This document shows, in pieces, positions 1 to 9,330 of a stretch of DNA of 22,021 bases (its first letter is position 1; each line of letters starts with the position of its first letter). The DNA comes from Alteromonas sp. Its GTDB lineage: Bacteria > Margulisbacteria > Marinamargulisbacteria > UBA6595. The notes below the pieces were generated by a model. It saw only the letters and a program-made list of their open reading frames with translations, did not search any database and was not told the DNA's origin. Made by a program: the position numbers and the translations under genes. The stretch is taken from assembly GCA_964220215.1 (NCBI GenBank), contig CAXPTH010000018.1, positions 1-22,021 on the forward strand, read 5' to 3'.

Positions 1-1
1 C

Positions 2-187
2 GTTTTTTTGGATTTTTGCAATCAGTTAAAATCCACCCTAATTATTCGGTCCATGTTTATTCACAATGGAGTGGTGCGGACTCAAGCGGCTGCAGGCGTT
101 GTGGCGGATTCTAAGCCAGAGGACGAATGGCTAGAAACCAACAATAAGATGCGCTCGGTTGTGGAAGCCATGGAGGCATGTTTATGA
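2..187 (+). CDS. 3' end of anthranilate synthase component I / aminodeoxychorismate synthase component I (TrpE/PabB), partial at window edge
   Basis: Frame from nt 2 reads VFLDFCNQLKSTLIIRSMFIHNGVVRTQAAAGVVADSKPEDEWLETNNKMRSVVEAMEACL*, matching the MST C-terminal IR(T/S)...QAG(A)G(I/V)VADS.P..E..ET..K pattern. Stop TGA 185-187 overlaps the next ATG (ATGA). Not in the ORF track. Confidence 0.85.
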   Translation, partial: VFLDFCNQLKSTLIIRSMFIHNGVVRTQAAAGVVADSKPEDEWLETNNKMRSVVEAMEACL

Positions 188-771
188 TTTTAATGATTGA
201 TAATTACGACTCATTTACCTACAATTTGGTGGATTATTTGGGTCAGCTAACCGATATGCCCGTGGCGGTGTATCGCAACGATGCGTTGGATGTGGCAGCC
301 GCTCAGCGATTAAACCCGACATGCGTTGTAATTTCCCCGGGGCCCAAAACTCCGGCCGAAGCGGGGGTGTCCAAAGCGTTGATTCAGGCGATGCACCCCA
401 CAACACCGATCTTGGGTGTGTGTTTGGGGCATCAGGCGATTGGGGAGGTGTTTGGCGCGACGGTGGTTCGGGCGCCTCGGTTGATGCATGGGAAAACCTC
501 GTGGATTGAGACCCAGCCGTCGCCGCTGTTTGACGGGGTTGAGAATCCATTTGAAGCCACACGGTACCATTCGTTGGTGTTGGATCCACCGACGATTCCG
601 GACTGTTTGACTGTTATTGCCACAGCGACCGATGATGCTACGATTATGGCGGTCGCTCATGCGTCGCATCCGGTGTATGGGGTTCAGTTTCATCCGGAGT
701 CTATTTTAACGGTGTCGGGTAAACAGCTGTTGCGCAATTTCTTGAGCTTAGCTGGTGTTTCATGCCATTAA
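184..771 (+). CDS. trpG: Class I glutamine amidotransferase, anthranilate/ADC synthase component II (TrpG/PabA)
   Basis: MILMIDNYDSFTYNL, ISPGP, GVCLGHQ (catalytic Cys), MHGK, RYHSL, GVQFHPES. GGAGG at 172-176 and the ATGA overlap favour ATG 184 over 178. Confidence 0.93.
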   Translation: MILMIDNYDSFTYNLVDYLGQLTDMPVAVYRNDALDVAAAQRLNPTCVVISPGPKTPAEAGVSKALIQAMHPTTPILGVCLGHQAIGEVFGATVVRAPRLMHGKTSWIETQPSPLFDGVENPFEATRYHSLVLDPPTIPDCLTVIATATDDATIMAVAHASHPVYGVQFHPESILTVSGKQLLRNFLSLAGVSCH

Positions 772-2096
772 GTGCCCAATTTGAGCATGATTTTTCCGAA
801 ACCCCCCTGCATACATTAACGCTGTTACGGGTGCCGGCACCCACGGCTGGGTTTGGGCATACCGCTGTGTCGGAGTCTCCCACGTTATATTGGCAATCTA
901 AAGCGGATCCGGTGGCGTATTGGGCTGTTGGCGTTGCGCGTGTTGCCCAGTCGGACACCAATCGGTTGGGGGTTATGGATACCGTGGATCAGTGGTTAAC
1001 CCAGCATCCGGACGTGCGGGTATTTGGGGGGTGTATGTTTCCCACCCAGCGACCCATTATGGATTGGCCGGGGTTTTACACAACTCAGTATTGGGTGCCG
1101 CGGTTGGTCTGGGCGTATGATACGCAGGCGCAGCAATCCGTGGATGTGCAGGCTTGGGTGTGGTTGGAGTCGGAGTCCCAGCGGGCTGAGCAGCTGGCTT
1201 GGTTTCGACGGGCCATTCCGGCGTTGTTTGAGCCCATGGAATCCAAATTTTCCGGGCGCATTACGGTGGGCGATGTGCATCCCACCGAATCGGTATTTAA
1301 ACGCAATGTAGCGGATATTGCCCAGCAGTTAGCGGCATCGGAGTCGCTTCAGAAAGTGGTGGTGGCCCGTCGGTTGGATGCGCAATTGGACACGGCGGTT
1401 TCTCCCATGACGGTATTTCATCACGTGCGAGATAGTGAGCCGGATGCCCATCATATTTGTTGGCAGATTACGCCCGATACAGGGTTTATGGTGGTGTCGC
1501 CGGAGCGGTTGGTGTACCGCTATGGGGCATCGGTGATGATGGATGCCATTGCAGGGACTCGGCCGAGAGGGGATACCCCAGCGGTGGATGCACAGTTGGC
1601 AGAGGCCTTGCGGCAGGATGCCAAAGATCAACACGAGCATGGGGTGGTGTTGCAGTATAATATTGAGCGGTTAAATCGTGTCTGCACGCAAGTGGAGCAT
1701 GACCCGGATTGTTCAATCGTGAAGCAGCGCTATGTTCAGCATTTGCACCAGCGTATTTGGGGACGGTTGGCCGATGAAACGGGGGTTAACCGACACTTAA
1801 TTGAGACCGTGTTCCCCACGCCGGCGGTTGCGGGACAGCCGTTTCAGCAAGCGGTGGATGTGATTGATGCGGTGGAACCCTTTTCCCGAGGCTTGTATGG
1901 GGGTATTTTAGGCTTTATTACACCCACAACATCCGATTATGTGGTGGGCATTCGCGCTGTGCATCAACAGGGAAAATCGGTATCGATCTACACGGGTTCG
2001 GGGTTGGTGTCCGGGTCGGAACCAGAGGCAGAGTGGCACGAGCATGAGACCAAAATGGCGACAGTGCTTGCGCCATTGATGGGGATGGCTCGTTAA
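762..2096 (+). CDS. menF: Chorismate-binding MST enzyme, isochorismate synthase (MenF-like)
   Basis: LQKVVVARR (catalytic Lys region), SPERL, AIAGTRPRG, KDQHEH, VQHL, PTPAVAG, RGLYGG, GIR, GSGLVSGSEPEAEWHE..TK. Overlaps the trpG end by 10 nt. Confidence 0.75.
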   Translation: MPLSAQFEHDFSETPLHTLTLLRVPAPTAGFGHTAVSESPTLYWQSKADPVAYWAVGVARVAQSDTNRLGVMDTVDQWLTQHPDVRVFGGCMFPTQRPIMDWPGFYTTQYWVPRLVWAYDTQAQQSVDVQAWVWLESESQRAEQLAWFRRAIPALFEPMESKFSGRITVGDVHPTESVFKRNVADIAQQLAASESLQKVVVARRLDAQLDTAVSPMTVFHHVRDSEPDAHHICWQITPDTGFMVVSPERLVYRYGASVMMDAIAGTRPRGDTPAVDAQLAEALRQDAKDQHEHGVVLQYNIERLNRVCTQVEHDPDCSIVKQRYVQHLHQRIWGRLADETGVNRHLIETVFPTPAVAGQPFQQAVDVIDAVEPFSRGLYGGILGFITPTTSDYVVGIRAVHQQGKSVSIYTGSGLVSGSEPEAEWHEHETKMATVLAPLMGMAR

Positions 2097-2119
2097 ATAC
2101 CCTAGTTATCGTCCAAACG

Positions 2120-2148
2120 TTGACAAATTTAGAAAAAACAGGTATGAT
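2120..2148 (+). promoter_or_regulatory. Sigma70-type promoter for the 2194 ORF
   Basis: TTGACA (2120-2125), 17-nt spacer, TATGAT (2143-2148) in an AT-rich intergenic region, with a GGAGG SD before ATG 2194. Confidence 0.75.
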
Positions 2149-2193
2149 TAACAATCATAATTAAAAATTTCAAATACACAGGAGGGAATTAAT

Positions 2194-2763
2194 ATGAGCA
2201 TTCATTCATTATGGTTGACTAACGGTCATAGCATTCGACATTGGTTCGTATGGGGGATGATCATCATTGGCTTGGTACTCATGAGCGTAAACGGCCACGC
2301 CAAGACATCAAAATCGGTGGGGATTCAGTTGGGTGTTGATAAAGGATCGTTAGAATCGATATCCGTATCCACGCAAACCCAGTCATCCGATACGGCTGCG
2401 CCTCAGTCTCCGGCAGCACCGGCAGCACCGGCAAATCAACCGGCCCCATCCGCATCCAACCAAGCCCTTCAGCAACAGTATCTTGATTTGTTTATGCAAG
2501 TGCAGCAACTCATGGCTCGCGTTAACCAACAGCAACTTCAGCTGAATCAACAGCAAACGCAAATCAATCAACTTAATGTATCGGCAAGTAGCGCTTCACC
2601 ACAGCCAACGACGCCCGCTAAAGTGCACACCTGCTATATCAATGAATCCCGCAACACCTTTATTGGTGAAGGCAAGACCCAGGTAGCGGCTAAAGCGAAA
2701 GCCTTGTCGCAGTGCAAGTCCGCCAATGGTTGGTGCAAGCCCGATACGTTGGTGTGCGATTAA
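2194..2763 (+). CDS. Hypothetical exported protein: signal peptide, Ser/Ala/Pro linker, Gln-rich coiled coil, C-terminal 4-Cys domain (DUF4189-like)
   Basis: Own promoter and SD. Hydrophobic WFVWGMIIIGLVLMSVNGHA segment, a Q-rich heptad stretch, and C-terminal HTC...GEGKTQVAAKAKALSQC......C......CD. Confidence 0.75.
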   Translation: MSIHSLWLTNGHSIRHWFVWGMIIIGLVLMSVNGHAKTSKSVGIQLGVDKGSLESISVSTQTQSSDTAAPQSPAAPAAPANQPAPSASNQALQQQYLDLFMQVQQLMARVNQQQLQLNQQQTQINQLNVSASSASPQPTTPAKVHTCYINESRNTFIGEGKTQVAAKAKALSQCKSANGWCKPDTLVCD

Positions 2764-2840
2764 GCAACTCGCACTGGCCATTGGTGGTCCAATAGAGTAT
2801 ACTGATAAGTAATTTTTGCATTGCTGTATTGTTTTGCAAT

Positions 2841-2927
2841 GCCGAAGTGGCGGAATTGGTAGACGCGCTGGTCTCAAACACCAGTGAGCTTAGGTTCGTG
2901 CCGGTTCGACTCCGGCCTTCGGTACCA
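2841..2927 (+). tRNA. tRNA-Leu(CAA)
   Basis: Acceptor GCCGAAG/CTTCGGT, D-loop GGAATTGGTAGAC, anticodon arm CTGGT-CTCAAAC-ACCAG, long variable arm, GGTTCGACTCC, encoded CCA. A TATACT -10-like site lies at 2798-2803. Confidence 0.97.
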
Positions 2928-2946
2928 TTTAACTAACAAACGATTT

Positions 2947-4680
2947 ATGAATAAATACAAACCATTATTTCAACGCGCCCGGCCATTTCTAGGGCTTATT
3001 TTGCTATCCTTTGGGATTACCTTGGTCTACTTAACGGCGAATATTTTTACCATGCCGTTGGCTCGAGATATCATTGTCATTTTGTCAGAGGCTAAGTTTG
3101 CGAAAGTTCCCGGGACGTTGGTCTTGGTTGTGGTGTTGTTTGGGATTCGCCAATTGTGTGAATCGGCCCAAGCCGTTTTGATGGGCTATGTGGGGCATCG
3201 ATTGCAAGTGGATTGGCGTCGCGATTTGTTTGATCGTATGTTGCGATTATCCATGACCTTTCACTCGAACCAAAAAGTTGGGGACTTGTTGACGCGATTG
3301 GGGGGGGATATCGGGATGGTTGGAACAGCCATTATGCGAAATATTCAAAAGCTGGTGCCGCAAAGCCTAACCATTTTGGGCGTTTTTGTGTATTTGCTGT
3401 TTCAAAATTGGCAGTTAACGATTGCGGCGACAGTGGTATTTCCGGGTGTTATTGCGGTCATTGTAGTCGCCGGGAACCGCATGAAGCGGATCGTCCGAGA
3501 GATTCAAGAGTCGGCTGCAGATGGGGCCCACATTGCACAAGAGTCGTTGAACCATGTGGGGATTGTCAAAGGGTTTGTTCGGGAGTCCTACGAGTTAAAT
3601 CGATTTCATGCGCTTAATATATTTGCCCTAAAACGGGGGATTCGTACCATGTTAATTGACCATGCGTCGATTGTTGGGGTTTCCCTGATGCAACTGGTTG
3701 CCTTAACCAGCGTCGTCGGGTTTGGTATTTATCAGGTGAAAGTGGGCCAATTGGCAGCGGCTGAGTTGTCTCAATTTGTCGTTGGAATTGCGTTAATTAT
3801 AGACCCGATGAACACCATATCGGTATTGTACAAAGATACGGTTTCAGCCATGGCTGGGTATGATCGTGTGTTGGATATCATGGGGCAGTCCGATGTTATT
3901 GTGGAGTCCAAAGACCCCGTTCCTCTATCCAATGTTTCCGGTGAGCTTGTGTTAAATTCGGTATCGTTTCGGTATCCCAGCAGTACAGCATTAGCCCTGG
4001 ATGGCATTGATTTAACGGTTAAAGCGGGGTCGATGGTTGCCTTGGTTGGGGCATCGGGTGCCGGTAAGTCAACATTAATTCAGCTAATTCCTCGATTTTT
4101 TGACCCAACATCGGGGAGTATTACGTTGGATGGGCGCGATATTCGTGAGCTATCCTTGGCGGAACTGCGTAATCACGTGGGCATTGTTCCTCAAGAAAGC
4201 GTTTTGTTTACGGGTACAGTTGCTGAAAATTTGAGGTATGGGAAGCCTGATGCAACGCATGAAGCATTGGTTTCAGCGGCCAAGCAAGCCAATGCCTGGT
4301 CTTTTATAGAAACGTTGCCAGACGGTTTGGATACGTATTTGGGCGCTCGTGGGCATCGGTTATCGGGCGGTCAACGGCAACGGTTGTCTATTGCTAGGGC
4401 TATCTTAAAAGACCCAGCTGTGTTAATTTTAGATGAGGCAACCTCATCATTAGACTCTGAATCGGAGCGATTGGTCCAGGACGCCTTGGATAAGCTTATG
4501 AAAGATCGCACAACTATTGTCATCGCACACCGATTATCCACCATTATTCGCGCCGACCAAATTGTGGTTATGCAGCGCGGCAACATCATTGAAACTGGAA
4601 CCCATACGGCCTTATTAAAAGCGAATGGGATCTATAAGAAATTTTATGAATTACAATATACTGACACAATAGGAGGTTAA
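2947..4680 (+). CDS. ABC exporter, fused TMD+NBD (MsbA/ABCB-like)
   Basis: N-terminal transmembrane region, Walker A GASGAGKS, Q-loop VPQE, LSGGQRQR, Walker B LILDEATSSLD, IAHRLST. The track start 2884 lies inside the tRNA, so ATG 2947 (MNKYK) is used. Confidence 0.92.
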   Translation: MNKYKPLFQRARPFLGLILLSFGITLVYLTANIFTMPLARDIIVILSEAKFAKVPGTLVLVVVLFGIRQLCESAQAVLMGYVGHRLQVDWRRDLFDRMLRLSMTFHSNQKVGDLLTRLGGDIGMVGTAIMRNIQKLVPQSLTILGVFVYLLFQNWQLTIAATVVFPGVIAVIVVAGNRMKRIVREIQESAADGAHIAQESLNHVGIVKGFVRESYELNRFHALNIFALKRGIRTMLIDHASIVGVSLMQLVALTSVVGFGIYQVKVGQLAAAELSQFVVGIALIIDPMNTISVLYKDTVSAMAGYDRVLDIMGQSDVIVESKDPVPLSNVSGELVLNSVSFRYPSSTALALDGIDLTVKAGSMVALVGASGAGKSTLIQLIPRFFDPTSGSITLDGRDIRELSLAELRNHVGIVPQESVLFTGTVAENLRYGKPDATHEALVSAAKQANAWSFIETLPDGLDTYLGARGHRLSGGQRQRLSIARAILKDPAVLILDEATSSLDSESERLVQDALDKLMKDRTTIVIAHRLSTIIRADQIVVMQRGNIIETGTHTALLKANGIYKKFYELQYTDTIGG

Positions 4681-4683
4681 AGT

Positions 4684-6720
4684 ATGATATTTGGTCCAGA
4701 AGCACAATTAGAACGATGGGAATTTACCCAATTAGATGAAGAACAGGTCAAGTCTATTGGGCATCAATACAGTTTGAGTCGATTGTTATCTCGCTTGTTA
4801 ATTATTCGAGGATTAACCAAAGATGAGGATCAGTTAAAGCAATTTTTGACGCCTCCACGGGCATTGATGACGGACGTGTCCGGTTTGGGGGATGCGGATC
4901 ATCTGCAGCGAGCCTTAGAGCGGATTAAAAAAGCCATCGTTTCCGATGAAAAAATTGTTATTCACGGGGACCCCGATGCCGATGGAATTACCGGCACGAC
5001 GATTTTAGTGGCTGGATTGCGCCAATTTAAAGCCCGTGTGGCCTATGACTTTCCAATTCGAGCCATCGAAGGCCACGGTTTGCAGCCACGGATTATCGAA
5101 GAGGCTAAAGACAATGATGTTAAACTGTTAATTACCACAGACTGTGGGACCAAAGACGTGGAAGCCGTGGCGTATGCCAAGTCCTTGGGTATTGATGTTA
5201 TTATTACCGATCACCACATTATGGGGAATATTCACCCCGATGCCCATGCCATTATTAATCCACAAATGTTGGAACCCGATAGTCAATTCAAAGTCTTATC
5301 CGGTGCCGGCGTGGCGTTTAAAGTAATCATGGCCTTATTTACGCATATGAATGAATCGTTTCCCAAGCCATTACGCCAATATTTGCTATCGTTGGTGTCC
5401 TTGGGAACTCTATCGGATCGAATGTCCTTGTTGGTGCCCATGAACCGTTTGTTGGTTCAGCGAGGCGTCGAAGCCTTGTCTGAAACCAATATGGAAGGGT
5501 TGAAAGTCTTAAAGCGTGTGTGTGGGCATGGCATGAATGCCTCTATTCACGCCCACGAGCTAACACGGACGATTGTGCCACGCTTGAATGCTCCGGGCCG
5601 AATTGGGAACCCCAAGGCTGGGATTGCGGATTCTAATTTGGTTGTGGATTTGTTGTTAGTGGGTACGGGAAGCAGCAATGCCAAGCGGGCCACGGTGTTG
5701 CTGAACAAATTTTTACAAGCCATGGATGAGCAAAAGCCCAACAATCAAGACCAGCCTTTAGAGCAGGCATCCATTGTGAATGAGGTGAATGAAGAGCGTA
5801 AAAAAATTACCAGTCAAATTGAAGATGAAATTGATCGGTTGATTGACGAGCAAGTCGATTTGAAACACGACCGTGTGATATTAATTCGAGGTAAAAATTG
5901 GAACCCTGGGGTTATTGGAATTGATGCGGATCGATTGAAAGAGCGGTTTTTGCGACCGGCGATTATCTTGACTTCGTATCCGGATAGTGAATATGTTCGT
6001 GGGTCGGCTCGCAGTATTCCGGGCATTAACTTGTACCGAATTATTGAGGAAGCCGATTTGGAATTTGAAAAAGAGCATGGCCGAAAACTTTTTCTATCAA
6101 CCGTTCAAACCCCATTGGGTGAGCGTCAAATCAATGCCTTTGGGGGTCACTCCCAGGCCTGTGGGTTTTCAATTCACCAAGACTTAGTGGAGCCGTTTGT
6201 AGCTAGTTTGCGAGAAAAAATGACGCGGTTGGATCCGGCTGACTTTTATTGTCGGTATGAAATTATAGACGAATTGGAGTTGAATCAAATATCCGTTCGG
6301 TTTATTCGCGCCTTAAATCACATGGGGCCCTATGGTCAACATTTTGATTTTCCAGCATTTGTTATTAAAAAATGCCACTTGTCGAAAGACGGCAAATTGT
6401 TTGGAAACAAGTATCAAAAAGTACGGTTTCCGCATGTTCAGTTTGATGTGCTAAATGAGCATAAAAATGGATACACCCAACGCATTAAGGCCATCGGGTT
6501 TGGCTTAGCCGACAAGTACCAAACACTGGTTCAAACGGATGAAAACACAACGTTTGATATTATTTGTACCCTCGAGCTGGACATGCGTCGACCCGGTCGT
6601 CGCGGGTATCAGCAAAACCGGCCGGAAACGGTTCGCTTGAATGTTAAAGATATCCGCTTGTCGGCGGATTCTCATGTATCGGATGTCACAACAACCGTCA
6701 CGCAAATGACGGAGTTATAA
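4684..6720 (+). CDS. recJ: Single-stranded-DNA-specific exonuclease RecJ (DHH/DHHA1)
   Basis: HGDPDADG, TDCG, TDHH, INP, LSGAGVAFK, LGTLSD, PRLNAPGR, GSARS, FGGHSQACG, PYG. AGGAGG SD upstream. Confidence 0.88.
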   Translation: MIFGPEAQLERWEFTQLDEEQVKSIGHQYSLSRLLSRLLIIRGLTKDEDQLKQFLTPPRALMTDVSGLGDADHLQRALERIKKAIVSDEKIVIHGDPDADGITGTTILVAGLRQFKARVAYDFPIRAIEGHGLQPRIIEEAKDNDVKLLITTDCGTKDVEAVAYAKSLGIDVIITDHHIMGNIHPDAHAIINPQMLEPDSQFKVLSGAGVAFKVIMALFTHMNESFPKPLRQYLLSLVSLGTLSDRMSLLVPMNRLLVQRGVEALSETNMEGLKVLKRVCGHGMNASIHAHELTRTIVPRLNAPGRIGNPKAGIADSNLVVDLLLVGTGSSNAKRATVLLNKFLQAMDEQKPNNQDQPLEQASIVNEVNEERKKITSQIEDEIDRLIDEQVDLKHDRVILIRGKNWNPGVIGIDADRLKERFLRPAIILTSYPDSEYVRGSARSIPGINLYRIIEEADLEFEKEHGRKLFLSTVQTPLGERQINAFGGHSQACGFSIHQDLVEPFVASLREKMTRLDPADFYCRYEIIDELELNQISVRFIRALNHMGPYGQHFDFPAFVIKKCHLSKDGKLFGNKYQKVRFPHVQFDVLNEHKNGYTQRIKAIGFGLADKYQTLVQTDENTTFDIICTLELDMRRPGRRGYQQNRPETVRLNVKDIRLSADSHVSDVTTTVTQMTEL

Positions 6721-6729
6721 GGAGGTTTT

Positions 6730-8139
6730 ATGACCACGGCAACACACGATTATAAAGTCGCAGATATCAGCTTAGCCGATTTTGGACGGCACGAAATTAC
6801 CATTGCTGAGCATGAAATGCCCGGCTTAATGGCGCTTCGGGAGCAGTACCAAGCGCAGCAGCCCCTAGCCGGCTTGTCGATTACGGGTTGTTTGCACATG
6901 ACCATTCAAACGGCTGTGTTGATTGAAACGTTAGTCTGCTTGGGGGCGTCAGTTCGATGGGCGTCGTGCAATATTTTTTCAACCCAAGACCATGCGGCTG
7001 CAGCCATTGCGGCAGCGGGAATCCCAGTGTTTGCGTGGAAGGGGGAAACCTTGAGCGAGTACTGGTGGTGTGTGGAGCAGTCCCTAACATGGCCCGATGG
7101 CTCAGGCCCGGACTTAATTGTGGATGATGGCGGGGATGCAACCGTATTTGTGCATTTGGGTGCCAAAGCGGCGACGGATCCATCGGTGCTGAGTCAAACA
7201 CCCAGCAACGACGAAGAGGCGTGTTTATTTGCGACCCTCACAGAGTCGCTAAAGGCCGATACTCAACGTTGGGAAACCGTGATTCAGCGCATTAAAGGCG
7301 TGTCAGAAGAAACCACAACGGGTGTGAGCCGATTGTATCAGATGCTAAATCGGGGTGAGTTGCGTTTTCCAGCCATTAATGTCAACGACAGTGTGACCAA
7401 GTCTAAGTTTGATAATTTGTATGGATGCCAAGAGTCCTTGGCCGACGGCATTAAACGAGCGACTGATGTGATGGTTGCCGGGAAAGTCGTGGTGGTCTGT
7501 GGCTATGGCGATGTGGGCAAAGGGTCTGCGGCTGCCATGCGGGGCTTGGGCGCTCGAGTCATTATCACTGAAATTGACCCCATTTGTGCCTTACAAGCGG
7601 CCATGGAGGGGTATCAAGTGACCACCCTTGAATCCGTGGTCCAAACGGCGGATATTTTTGTAACGGCCACGGGCAACAAAGATGTTATCACGGCTTCTCA
7701 CATGGCCCAAATGAAAGATTATGCTATTGTGTGCAATATCGGGCATTTTGATAATGAAATTCAAATGAGTGCCTTAGAGGCGTGGCCCGGTATTCAGAAA
7801 TCAACGGTAAAGTCCCAAGTGGATCAGTACATTTTCCCGGACGGCCACCGCATTACTGTTTTGGCCGAAGGCCGATTGGTGAATTTAGGGTGTGCAACGG
7901 GCCATCCGTCGTTTGTGATGAGCAATTCGTTTTCGAATCAGGTATTGGCACAAATTGATTTGGTTCAAAACAACCGATCCTTGGGTGTCCATGTCTTAGA
8001 CAAGCACTTGGATGAACAAGTGGCACGCCTGCATTTGGATGCTTTGGGCGTGAAACTAACGGAATTAACTCCCGAACAAGCCAATTATCTCAACGTACCA
8101 CAAGCGGGGCCATACAAACCCGATCATTACCGGTATTAA
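6730..8139 (+). CDS. ahcY: Adenosylhomocysteinase
   Basis: [93 protein letters not shown]. Confidence 0.98.
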   Translation: MTTATHDYKVADISLADFGRHEITIAEHEMPGLMALREQYQAQQPLAGLSITGCLHMTIQTAVLIETLVCLGASVRWASCNIFSTQDHAAAAIAAAGIPVFAWKGETLSEYWWCVEQSLTWPDGSGPDLIVDDGGDATVFVHLGAKAATDPSVLSQTPSNDEEACLFATLTESLKADTQRWETVIQRIKGVSEETTTGVSRLYQMLNRGELRFPAINVNDSVTKSKFDNLYGCQESLADGIKRATDVMVAGKVVVVCGYGDVGKGSAAAMRGLGARVIITEIDPICALQAAMEGYQVTTLESVVQTADIFVTATGNKDVITASHMAQMKDYAIVCNIGHFDNEIQMSALEAWPGIQKSTVKSQVDQYIFPDGHRITVLAEGRLVNLGCATGHPSFVMSNSFSNQVLAQIDLVQNNRSLGVHVLDKHLDEQVARLHLDALGVKLTELTPEQANYLNVPQAGPYKPDHYRY

Positions 8140-9209
8140 TGCCTGAGTCTGCGCCGTCAACCTTGGGGGTTAGCTGCTTTTTGGAGGCCCTGCATGGGAC
8201 CAATCAGACCGGGCGCCCCCCCATTTGGATGATGCGCCAGGCCGGCCGGTATTTGCCGGAGTATCGGGCCATTCGGGATGAGGCCGAGCGCAAGCACAAC
8301 GGGTTTTTGACGATGATTCAGACCCCTGAGTTGGCCACGGAAGTGACCCTACAACCCTTGCGCCGTTTTGGGATGGATGCGGCCATTTTGTTTTCAGATA
8401 TTTTGGTGACGGCGTCAGCCTTGGGCTGTCCGGTTCGCTTTGTTGAAAAACAAGGCCCCGTATTTGATACACCGATTCGGTCCCCCGAAGCCTTGGCTGC
8501 GTTGCGACCGGCATCCGAAGCTGTTGCGGAATTGGATTATGTGATGGCGGCTATTCGCATGCTTAAAGGGGTGCTCACGGTGCCGCTCATTGGGTTTGCC
8601 GGCGCACCGTTTACCGTCGCCAGTTACATGATTGAGGGGCAAAGTTCGTCAACCCTGAGTCGAATCAAGCGCATGCAGTACGAGCAACCGGCGGTGTTGC
8701 ACGGATTATTATCTCAGTTAACCGAGGTGACGATTGCGTACTTAAAGCAACAAGTGGATGCCGGTGTGGATGCCCTGCAACTGTTTGATACGTGGACCAA
8801 TCATCTGTCCGTATACGATGCCCAGCAGCTATGTTTCCCCTACATTCAAACGATTATTACAGCCATGAAGGCGTATACGTCGATTCCGATCATTGTATTT
8901 TGTAAAAACACCGGTGTTTTATGGCCCGATGTGCTGGCCACAGGTCCCACAGCCATTAGTCTAGACTGGGGCTGTGATGCGGCAACGATGCGGGCCTGCA
9001 TACCCGATACTATTGCCGTTCAGGGTAACATCGACCCATTTTTGCTATATGCCAACCCGCAAGTCATTGAGCAACGTGTTAAAACAGTGCTGAATGACTT
9101 GGGCGATTTGCCCAATTACATTGTTAATTTAGGCCATGGCATCATGCCCGACATTCCCGTTTCGCATGTGCAAACGGTGGTGGACACCGTTAAGGCTTGG
9201 GGTTCTTAA
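8139..9209 (+). CDS. hemE: Uroporphyrinogen decarboxylase
   Basis: PIWMMRQAGRYLPEYR, AAILFSDIL, LIGFAGAPFT, QGNIDP, NLGHGI. TAATG overlap with ahcY. Confidence 0.97.
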   Translation: MPESAPSTLGVSCFLEALHGTNQTGRPPIWMMRQAGRYLPEYRAIRDEAERKHNGFLTMIQTPELATEVTLQPLRRFGMDAAILFSDILVTASALGCPVRFVEKQGPVFDTPIRSPEALAALRPASEAVAELDYVMAAIRMLKGVLTVPLIGFAGAPFTVASYMIEGQSSSTLSRIKRMQYEQPAVLHGLLSQLTEVTIAYLKQQVDAGVDALQLFDTWTNHLSVYDAQQLCFPYIQTIITAMKAYTSIPIIVFCKNTGVLWPDVLATGPTAISLDWGCDAATMRACIPDTIAVQGNIDPFLLYANPQVIEQRVKTVLNDLGDLPNYIVNLGHGIMPDIPVSHVQTVVDTVKAWGS

Positions 9210-9216
9210 TGGAGTG

Positions 9217-9225
9217 TGGTATGCT
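9217..9225 (+). promoter_or_regulatory. Extended -10 promoter for tRNA-Leu/pyrF
   Basis: TGGTATGCT (TGn + TATGCT) about 20 nt upstream of the tRNA. Confidence 0.45.
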
Positions 9226-9244
9226 TATGCATAGATTTTTGGAT

Positions 9245-9327
9245 GCGCGTGTGGTGAAATTGGTAGACACGCTAGACTTAGGATCTAGTGCTTCGGCATG
9301 GGGGTTCAAGTCCCTCCACGCGCACCA
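9245..9327 (+). tRNA. tRNA-Leu(TAG)
   Basis: Acceptor GCGCGTG/CACGCGC, anticodon arm CTAGA-CTTAGGA-TCTAG, variable arm TGC-TTCG-GCA, GGTTCAAGTCC, encoded CCA. Confidence 0.97.
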
Positions 9328-9330
9328 ACG

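Noticed and set aside
2884..2946. Track N-terminal extensions of the ABC ORF (2884) and pyrF (9298)
   Set aside because: Both starts lie inside tRNA genes.
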